NCBI GenBank assembly: GCA_964607415.1
Contig: CAZSKK010000002.1
Location: forward strand, 288,585 to 352,584
Length of the DNA stretch: 64,000 nt
Source of the DNA: an uncultured Candidatus Saccharibacteria bacterium
GTDB taxonomy: Bacteria; Patescibacteriota; Dojkabacteria; J137
Direction of reading: 5' to 3'
Positions 55,016 through 62,501 of the stretch are shown here, in pieces. The notes below the pieces were generated by a model. That model made no database searches. It worked only from the letters and a program-made list of their open reading frames with translations, and was not told where the DNA came from. Numbering within the stretch: the stretch's first letter is position 1; every line of letters begins with the position of its first letter. Both the position numbers and the translations under genes were made by a program.

Positions 55016-56281
55016 TTATCCCACAATCACTTCTTTAAATTTTTCTTGAATAAAATATTGATTTGCAAGATCGCGGATTTCCTCGGCTGTAATATTATTT
55101 AAAGCTTTTAAAATCTTATCGTAATATTCGTAATCTTGATTATAATTCTTGATTGCAATAAAAGCATCCATTAGTTTGAAAGGCCCATCAATCATTTGCA
55201 AGAACATTCCAAGCATATAGTTTTTAACTTTATTTAATTCTTCTTCTGAAACAAGCTCAGATTTAAGTCTATCCATTTCTTTGTAGATTTGATCAATTGC
55301 TAGATTTACAGATTCTTTTTTAAGCTCAGTTTTTACTCTGAATATTCCTTCGTTTTCAAAACTTTTAAATTCGCTGTAAATTCCGTAGGTAAGGCCTTTC
55401 TCTACCCTTATATTTAGCATCAGCCTTGAGCTTAAAGATGGTCCACCTAAAATATGATTTAAAATTCTAATCTTTGGATAATCTTCGTGAAGTTTATTTA
55501 TAGAAATATTCCCAATGTTGATTGCAGATTGCACTGAATCTTTTTTATGAATATTGATTTTTGTCTGTGTAATCGATTTAAAGTCATGTTTAGGATTTTG
55601 TTTTATATAATTTTTGCTCCAATTATTTTTCCCAAATATATCATTAATTTTATTGATTAAATTTTTATTAAATTTTCCAGCAAGAACAATATAAACATTT
55701 TGTGAAGTCAGAAACTTATTAAAGAATTCTTGTAAATCTGATTGATTAAGTTTTTTTAAATTATCAGTTGTTTCATAAAAACCATAAGGATGCTTTGTTC
55801 CAAACAAAACTTCCATAAATTTTAAACTTCCAAAACTGGAAACATTTTCATCTCGATTTTTAATTGATTGAGAGTTTAGTTCAACTAAAGTAGAAAATTC
55901 TTTTTTGGGAAAACAACTTTCGGTTAAAAGCTCAAAAAGTAAGGAAAAAGAATTTTCAATTCTTTCAGATAAACCGCTTATAGAAACTTCAATTCTATCT
56001 TCTGATTGTTCTGTCTGAAAACTAACTCCATTGCTTTCAAAAAGTTCATTTATCTCTTTATTCTTCTTTGAATCAGTTCCTTCATTTAACATTTGGCTAA
56101 CAAGATTTGAAACCATTGCTTTTTCTTCAAACCAATTTCCTGCAGAAAAAATTAAACTTAACTTTGAAACTTCAATTGAACCAGTGTTCAAGTAGAAAAG
56201 CTCGATACCGTTATCAAGAGTAAACTTTTCTGGTTCAATAATTTTTAAGTTTTTTATTTGTTTTGGTTCTGGTAGTTTCAT
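55016..56281 (-). CDS. M16 peptidase, non-catalytic subunit
   Basis: LDNG, ML-x-EGT (no HxxEH), LGG-x-x-x-SSRL-x-x-x-IR-x-EKGLTY. Confidence 0.9.
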   Translation of the reverse strand: MKLPEPKQIKNLKIIEPEKFTLDNGIELFYLNTGSIEVSKLSLIFSAGNWFEEKAMVSNLVSQMLNEGTDSKKNKEINELFESNGVSFQTEQSEDRIEVSISGLSERIENSFSLLFELLTESCFPKKEFSTLVELNSQSIKNRDENVSSFGSLKFMEVLFGTKHPYGFYETTDNLKKLNQSDLQEFFNKFLTSQNVYIVLAGKFNKNLINKINDIFGKNNWSKNYIKQNPKHDFKSITQTKINIHKKDSVQSAINIGNISINKLHEDYPKIRILNHILGGPSLSSRLMLNIRVEKGLTYGIYSEFKSFENEGIFRVKTELKKESVNLAIDQIYKEMDRLKSELVSEEELNKVKNYMLGMFLQMIDGPFKLMDAFIAIKNYNQDYEYYDKILKALNNITAEEIRDLANQYFIQEKFKEVIVG

Positions 56282-56303
56282 GTTTAGCTAAACACCTCCC
56301 TTA

Positions 56304-56380
56304 ATCCTGAGACAGCATATTATGCTGTCGAATGGAGCTATTTTAGTCTCACTCAAATGCACAATGTGCATTTTCGGGAG
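56304..56380. repeat. Paired hairpin elements related to 12058-12101
   Basis: ATCCTGA-GACAGCATA-t-TATGCTGTC-GAATGGAGCTA versus reverse complement of 12058-12101 ATCCTGA-GACAACACA-t-TGTGTTGTC-GAGTGGAGCTA. Confidence 0.75.
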
Positions 56381-56388
56381 TTATAAAG

Positions 56389-57627
56389 TTAAGCTTTTTT
56401 TGCGTAATAAATTGTATTTGAATTATTTTTAGTTAAATATTTTTCGCAAGCACTTTTAATATCTTCTTTGGTTACATTTTGTCTTTTTTCCACTTCGTAG
56501 TTTAGGTAATCTGCGTCACCCAAAATTTCCATCCAGCATAAGTCTAAAGCTCGATCAGCTATTTCAAGTTTTTGAAATTCAAAGCTTGTTTTAGATTCAA
56601 TTTTAACTTTTTCAAGTTCTTTATCAGAAACAAATTCATTCTTTACTTTTTCGATTTCAAACCAAATTTTTTCTTCAGCAAGTTTAAAATCGATACCATC
56701 TAAAAGCTCCGCCTTAAAATTTACTAAACCTACTTCTTTTAGTGTGTCTACACTTGCTGTAATACTTGAAAAAATCTTTTCCTCTTTAACAAGATTTTGA
56801 TACAACCTTGAAGATTCACCACCAGACAAAATATCAGTCATTAGATCCATTGTGTAAAAATCTTTGTGAATTCTTTCAGGAATATGAAAGCTGATAAAAA
56901 TTCTGTTGTGTGGAACCTCTCGTTCTACTTCTAGTAATCTTGGCTTTTTTTGCTCGGGTTCAGGTGGTAAAGCTCGCACATTTTTCTCACCTCTTTTAAT
57001 ACCTCCAAAGTACTTTTCGGTTAAATTTACAATTTCATCAAAATTAACCGAACCTGCAACGCAGAGTACTGCATTGTTTGGCACATAGTACTTGTCAAAA
57101 AACTTTTGTGCAGTTTTTAACTTAGAATTTTTAATGTGTGCAAGATTTTTGCCTATAGTGATCCAACTATATGGGTGTTTTTTATAAGCTTGCGAATAAA
57201 TCAATTTCCAAACATCGCCGTAAGGTTTGTTAATGTACCCTTGTTTGAATTCTTCCATTACAATTTTACGTTCAGCGTTAAGTTTTTCTTCTGAAATTTC
57301 AAGATTTTGCATTCTATCGGATTCAATAAAAAAAGGAATTTCAATATTTTGAGAAGGTAAAACTTCGTAATAATTTGTTGCATCCTGAAAAGTAAATGCG
57401 TTTAAATAACCACTTGCATTTTCTACAACGTCATCGATTTTGGGAATTTGCTTTGTACCTCTAAACATCAAATGTTCAAATAAGTGTGCAAAACCTGTTT
57501 CATTTGGATCTTCGTCTTTTGAACCAACGTTGTACATTAGATTAAAACAAGCTAGCGGAGTAGATTCATCTTCGTGAACTAAAAGCTTTAATCCGTTAGA
57601 TAGTGTGTGACGTTTAAAAGTGATCAT
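56389..57627 (-). CDS. M16 zinc peptidase, catalytic subunit
   Basis: Y-x-VGS, GFAHLFEHLMF, NAFT, SSRLY; start set at MITFKR (ATG 57627). Confidence 0.93.
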   Translation of the reverse strand: MITFKRHTLSNGLKLLVHEDESTPLACFNLMYNVGSKDEDPNETGFAHLFEHLMFRGTKQIPKIDDVVENASGYLNAFTFQDATNYYEVLPSQNIEIPFFIESDRMQNLEISEEKLNAERKIVMEEFKQGYINKPYGDVWKLIYSQAYKKHPYSWITIGKNLAHIKNSKLKTAQKFFDKYYVPNNAVLCVAGSVNFDEIVNLTEKYFGGIKRGEKNVRALPPEPEQKKPRLLEVEREVPHNRIFISFHIPERIHKDFYTMDLMTDILSGGESSRLYQNLVKEEKIFSSITASVDTLKEVGLVNFKAELLDGIDFKLAEEKIWFEIEKVKNEFVSDKELEKVKIESKTSFEFQKLEIADRALDLCWMEILGDADYLNYEVEKRQNVTKEDIKSACEKYLTKNNSNTIYYAKKA

Positions 57628-57804
57628 AAAAATGATTATAGCAGTTTTCTGATGCAAATAGCGTATAGCGCATAGCGGATAGATTTATTGACCATTAGCT
57701 ATGTGCTATCTGCTATAAGCTTTTAATAATTGTTAGCCATTCATGAACTACACATTTACAACTGTCAAGTTTGCTGCTAATATTCGGCAGTTAAATTTAA
57801 AATT

Positions 57805-58062
57805 ATGGAGCCACAAATTTCTATACAACCAGTAGAACGACCTTCATTTTTACAATCAGATGCGCTAAGGTTCCCAGCTTATCAAACTGTGGGTAATTTT
57901 CTCAGCGGAAAAACTATTAGCAGACAAGATTTAATCGATAGTCTTTCTTTTGTTTTAGCAGACATAAACGAAAACCCAGGCAATTTGAACGATGCATTGC
58001 TTTGTGACATAACGTTAGAACAACTGAGACAAACAATGGATTGGGCGCTCGTTGAAGTGTAA
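57805..58062 (+). CDS. Hypothetical protein
   Basis: 85-aa ORF with AT-rich start context, convergent with elp3. Confidence 0.5.
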   Translation: MEPQISIQPVERPSFLQSDALRFPAYQTVGNFLSGKTISRQDLIDSLSFVLADINENPGNLNDALLCDITLEQLRQTMDWALVEV

Positions 58063-58074
58063 TTAAAGACTTAG

Positions 58075-60006
58075 CTAAAAAAGCTCACAAATCTGATAAA
58101 ACTTGTCCAATTTAAATCCACGTTTATCGTAATATTCTCTTGTACCAATTGAAGAAATAACTGCAAGTTTATTAAATCCGTTTTCTTCTGTGATTTCTTT
58201 GGCTTTTTCAATCAATTTTGTACCTAAGCCTAAATGTTGGGCTTGGCCGCTTGATGTTTTTTCTAACTCAAGACTTGGCCCATAGACATGAACTTCTCTA
58301 ATAATTGCACAGTTATTAAGTTCATCTGTTACTTCATTTTCTTTGCTAACTGGAATTGAAAGTCGCAAAAATCCAGCAATTTCTCTTTTACTTGTAATAT
58401 ATTGTAAAAAATACTCAGTTGAAGTTACAGTTTTGTATACAATAATGTCCAGTTTTAAATCGCTAGCCTCTAATTTCTGCCCCCTAACCTCCCTGGCTCT
58501 GATATTTGGATTTTTGCGCCCTTCAACTTTAAGTTTATTTTCAACAACTTCTCTTAAATTCGTTGTTTTGTTACCAGCTTCAATTTCAGTTGAAGGAATA
58601 TCTCTGATAATTCTTGTAAGCCTTGTGTATTCTGGGGTTGCTTCCATGCAATCTGCAATTAGGTTTACAAGCTCATTTGTTTCGTAAGGACGGTATTTAC
58701 CGTCTTGCTGAAGTTTATGTAACTCAGTATTTTTAATTACAGAAGTAGGGTAGATTTTAACTTCGTCAGGCTTGTAGTTTAAATCAGAAAAAAGCTCTTT
58801 GTAAACTTTCAAATCCAATTCTGGCGTTGCTCCATAAAGATTTGGCATCATGTGCGCATGAATTTTAAACCCAGCTTCTCTAAGTAAATTAAATGCCCTA
58901 GATGTCTCGGCACGATGTTCTCCACGTTTGTTTAAATCGCTAATGCTATCATCAAGAGTTTGAATTCCCAATTGAATTTTTGTTGCACCCAATTTCCTTA
59001 AGTTTAAAGTTTCAGTTGGAGTTAAAGTGTCTGGTCTTGTTTCCAAAACTAAACCTACGCAACGCACAGAGCCTTTTGAATTTTCATCTTGAAGATTGAA
59101 TAATTCATTCCACAATTCTTCCTTAGATTTTTTTACAATTTCGTCTTCGCTAGAAATAAATTTGTTAAAGTCATTTTTAAATTTTTGAGTTTGAATAAGC
59201 TGATTGTAAGGCTTATCACCTGTTTCTGATCTTAATTCGTCATTGTAGTCGTGTGAAAGGTAGGTGTTAAGTTCGACAGAGTTTATTGGCTGTTCGGCTA
59301 CTCCCTCACCTGGTTCGCTACGCTCACCTTCCTCTCCCAAGGGGAGAGGGAAGGCCTCATCCGGCTCGCTTTGCTCGCCACCTTCTCCTGAAAGGAGAAG
59401 GGTTTTAGAAGCTCGTGACTCGTGACTTGTGAACTCATTCATTGCTCTAAAACATTCTTTTATAAACCAGACTTTATACTTTTCTGGATAATAACTCCAG
59501 GTTCCGCCCAAAATAAGAAGTTCAATTTTATCTGTGGGGTGGCCAATATTTTTTAACGCTTGTAGTCTATTAAAAGTCTGAAGGTAAGGGCTAAATCTAT
59601 TCATTAATGCTCGTTGGGCTCCAGGTTCTGTAGCAATATAACTTTTCGGCATTCTCACATCGTTAGGGCAAAATACACATTTACCAGGACAGGCAAATGG
59701 TTTTGTTAAAACTGTTACAGTTGTAACTCCAGAAATAGTCCTTGTAGGTTTTAATTTTAATTTGCGGGTTAGCGAGTTAGCGCGTTCACGAGTTAGGCCG
59801 GGGAGTAATTTCTCGTTTTGATTTACAAGCCATTCGATTCCTAAAATTATCTGATCTCTTGCGAACATTTCTCTTCCATCTTTGGGATATTTTTTTAAGA
59901 TTTTATCAACGTTTTTTTGAGTAAGATCTGAAAGATTTAACAATTCGGTGGCAATTGCAATTAGTTCATATTTATATTTCGACGCGTCGAATCTATACTT
60001 ATTCAT
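58075..60006 (-). CDS. elp3: Elp3-family radical SAM / acetyltransferase (tRNA U34 modification)
   Basis: RTISGV, CPGKCVFCP, GGTW, ETRPD, KIYP, RIIRDIP, REVHVYG, QHLGLG, IGTREYY. Confidence 0.93.
   Translation of the reverse strand: MNKYRFDASKYKYELIAIATELLNLSDLTQKNVDKILKKYPKDGREMFARDQIILGIEWLVNQNEKLLPGLTRERANSLTRKLKLKPTRTISGVTTVTVLTKPFACPGKCVFCPNDVRMPKSYIATEPGAQRALMNRFSPYLQTFNRLQALKNIGHPTDKIELLILGGTWSYYPEKYKVWFIKECFRAMNEFTSHESRASKTLLLSGEGGEQSEPDEAFPLPLGEEGERSEPGEGVAEQPINSVELNTYLSHDYNDELRSETGDKPYNQLIQTQKFKNDFNKFISSEDEIVKKSKEELWNELFNLQDENSKGSVRCVGLVLETRPDTLTPTETLNLRKLGATKIQLGIQTLDDSISDLNKRGEHRAETSRAFNLLREAGFKIHAHMMPNLYGATPELDLKVYKELFSDLNYKPDEVKIYPTSVIKNTELHKLQQDGKYRPYETNELVNLIADCMEATPEYTRLTRIIRDIPSTEIEAGNKTTNLREVVENKLKVEGRKNPNIRAREVRGQKLEASDLKLDIIVYKTVTSTEYFLQYITSKREIAGFLRLSIPVSKENEVTDELNNCAIIREVHVYGPSLELEKTSSGQAQHLGLGTKLIEKAKEITEENGFNKLAVISSIGTREYYDKRGFKLDKFYQICELF
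59303..59402. repeat. Two tandem palindromic elements translated in frame inside elp3
   Basis: Coding strand: CTTCTCC-tttca-GGAGAAG..GGATGAGG and CCTCTCCC-ctt-GGGAGAGG..GGTGAGG; peptide LLLSGEGGEQSEPDEAFPLPLGEEGERSEPGEG. Confidence 0.85.
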
Positions 60007-60017
60007 AGATGCAATTT

Positions 60018-60101
60018 TAACACACCCCCTCTAGATCACCCCCACTGTCACTTCGTGACATCTCCCCCAGATCTGGGGGAGATTGCAGAGGGGGTGTGTT
60101 A
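60018..60101. mobile_element. 84-bp MITE-like palindromic element
   Basis: Perfect 15-bp terminal IR TAACACACCCCCTCT/AGAGGGGGTGTGTTA; inner hairpins TGTCAC-ttc-GTGACA and ATCTCCCCCAGA/TCTGGGGGAGAT. Confidence 0.65.
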
Positions 60102-60117
60102 CCTCTATACTTAATCT

Positions 60118-60828
60118 ATGAATTTATACAAAGACTACGCAGAAGAGTTTTCAAACACAAGAAAAATCGCTTGGAAAGGGTGGTTTAAGATTTTGCCTTT
60201 TTTAAATAAAAACAAAGAATTAAAAATTTTAGATTTAGGTTGTGGAAATGCAAGGTTTTTGGGCTTCTTAGTAGAGCAAGGTTACAAAATTTCGTTATAC
60301 GTTGGAATTGATAGCTCACAAGAAATGTTGAATATTGCATACAAAGAAATTAGGGAACAAATGTCTAGCCAGAACGTAATGTTTGACTTTGACCTTTGTC
60401 AAAAGAATCTAGATCTATCGGATTGGGATGAAGGTATAGACGATTCGTTCGATTTGATTGTTGGTTTTGGAGTAATACATCATTTAAAAAGTTTTAAAGC
60501 AAGAAAATTTATTTTAGAAAAATCTCAAAAGCTGTTGGAAAAAGATGGTGTTTTAGCTCTATCGTTCTGGCAGTTTTTAAAATCAGAAAGATTAAAATCG
60601 TTGATTGTAGAGCCAGCTGAAATTGGAGTAAACCATAAATCGCTAGGAGAAAACGATTATTACTTAACATTTGGAAAAGATAAAAAAGCGTATCGTTTTT
60701 GCCATTTTACAACTGAACATGAAGTAGCCGAACTTGAAGAAAGCTCAAATTTAAAAAGAGTAAAAGACTTTTATGCTGATGGAAAAGAAGGGAATCTGAA
60801 TTTCTATTGCGTTTGGAGTTTGACGTAG
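60118..60828 (+). CDS. Class I SAM-dependent methyltransferase (Trm9/AlkB8-like N-terminus)
   Basis: Y...A-x-x-FS-x-TR-x-x-x-W, LDLGCGN, GID-x-S, V-x-HH. Confidence 0.85.
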   Translation: MNLYKDYAEEFSNTRKIAWKGWFKILPFLNKNKELKILDLGCGNARFLGFLVEQGYKISLYVGIDSSQEMLNIAYKEIREQMSSQNVMFDFDLCQKNLDLSDWDEGIDDSFDLIVGFGVIHHLKSFKARKFILEKSQKLLEKDGVLALSFWQFLKSERLKSLIVEPAEIGVNHKSLGENDYYLTFGKDKKAYRFCHFTTEHEVAELEESSNLKRVKDFYADGKEGNLNFYCVWSLT

Positions 60829-60866
60829 TCGGAGTAATTCTTTGAGATCAAAGAAACCTTGCAGAT

Positions 60867-60936
60867 GTCATGGTGAGCCTGTCGAATCCATACATCTGCG
60901 ATATACTTGTCTATCTTTCGACAAGCTCAGGATGAC
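60867..60936. repeat. Inverted pair of REP-like palindromes (GTCAT...ATGAC)
   Basis: GTCATGGTGAGCCTGTCGAA ... TTCGACAAGCTCAGGATGAC. Confidence 0.8.
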
Positions 60937-60964
60937 AAGATCATAATTTAGTAATTAAAAGTCT

Positions 60965-61915
60965 ATGCTAAATCACTTTTCTACAAAACAAACTAATAAT
61001 TCATCCATCTTTTTCGAATGGAGTGAATTTGAACAAAAAGTTAAATCGGAACTTTCGTTTCCAGACGGATGCGTTTTTACTTCGGAAGTTTTTTCTATAA
61101 ATAAAGGCATCGGATTTGAAAATGTTTCAATTTTTGTAGAAAGCAGAATTTCAAATTCAGAGCTAGATGAACTTAAAAAATCAGGTTGCAAAAAAATTTT
61201 ATTAAGGTGCGCAGGCTCCGATATGTTGAATTGTGAATATGCTAAATCTATTGGAATAAAAGTTTTTAGAGTAGCTTCGTATTCTCCAGAATCAATTGCA
61301 GAATTTGTATTTGCGTTAATTCTAAACCTTGCAAGAAATTTAAATCATCAAAGAAGATTGCATACAAAATTAGAAGAAAAAAGAGATTTAAAATCGCTAG
61401 GGTTTAGTTTAAAAGGGAAAACGTTAGGAATTCACGGCTATGGGAAAATTGGCAGAAGTGTTGCACATATTGCTAGAAATGGATTTCAGATGAAAGTTTT
61501 GTATTTTGATCCATATTATGAAGGTTTGACCCGCGACACACGGGTAGCCGATCTATCAGAGTTATATTTAAGAAGTGACATAGTTTCAATACACGTTCCT
61601 TTATGTTCCGAAACCAAAAATCTTGTAGGTAAAAAATTACTTAAAAATGTAAAAGAAAGATTTATGTTGATAAATACTTCCCGTGGTGGAGTTTTGAATT
61701 CAAAAGAAATAAAAGAGCTTTTGCAAAGTAAAATAATTGATTTTCTAGGAGTTGATGTTTGGAGAAGCTATGATGATTTTGATAAAGATTTATTAAAAGA
61801 AAATATTATTCAAACAGATCATGTTGCGTTTTTAACTGAAGAGTCTATAATTTCGATTCTTAACCAAACTTTGAATTCGTTAGCGGGCAATCCTTCCGCT
61901 CAGAATATCATTTAA
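60965..61915 (+). CDS. D-2-hydroxyacid (D-lactate-like) dehydrogenase
   Basis: RCAG-x-D, YSPESIAE, G-x-GKIG, H-x-PL, INTSRG, HVAFLT. Confidence 0.88.
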   Translation: MLNHFSTKQTNNSSIFFEWSEFEQKVKSELSFPDGCVFTSEVFSINKGIGFENVSIFVESRISNSELDELKKSGCKKILLRCAGSDMLNCEYAKSIGIKVFRVASYSPESIAEFVFALILNLARNLNHQRRLHTKLEEKRDLKSLGFSLKGKTLGIHGYGKIGRSVAHIARNGFQMKVLYFDPYYEGLTRDTRVADLSELYLRSDIVSIHVPLCSETKNLVGKKLLKNVKERFMLINTSRGGVLNSKEIKELLQSKIIDFLGVDVWRSYDDFDKDLLKENIIQTDHVAFLTEESIISILNQTLNSLAGNPSAQNII

Positions 61916-62033
61916 CTTTCCAATTTAGACTTTTCGGTCTATAATTTTATTAGGCATATTTCCATTACTCTTAGTTGAAATTAGGCCAAACCCCCAACAA
62001 AAGTTAAGAGGTTTTACTTTTTAGGTCTATATT

Positions 62034-62300
62034 ATGAATAAAGTAGTTAATCTTAAGAATCTAACAACCGAAGTTGTTATGAAAGCTTTACGGGAGGTTT
62101 ATTTAGACTGGAATTTTACTGAGCTTCATGGCGCACAAAACTTCGAAGTAGTTCCTAAAGATGAAGCAGAAAAAGGAAAACTTACGCTAAAATTCTACAA
62201 ACAAGATGAAAATACTTTCATTGACATTTCTGTAATAGAAGGAGAAGTAACTGATTGGACAAAAAAGTCGGTGGAAAGGCTATTGGAATATATAGCATAG
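62034..62300 (+). CDS. Hypothetical protein
   Basis: 88-aa ORF with globular composition. Confidence 0.6.
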   Translation: MNKVVNLKNLTTEVVMKALREVYLDWNFTELHGAQNFEVVPKDEAEKGKLTLKFYKQDENTFIDISVIEGEVTDWTKKSVERLLEYIA

Positions 62301-62501
62301 CTAAAACCCAGGAAACAAAACACAAGCTCAAAATAGTATTCAATAAATAAATTTTCAACATCGACAATTTGCCAATCGCTATTCTTTTGCTTATACTGGT
62401 ACTTACCAACTTCAAAAAGCTTACTTTGTTGAGGTGTGGATATACAAAATTTCGCTTAAGAGCACAAAGAAACATAGATTTAACTTGTTACATTAAAGCA
62501 A

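Noticed and set aside
62300-62501. glmS ribozyme upstream of glmS
   Set aside because: No conserved ribozyme core recognisable; a -10 element lies directly before the ATG
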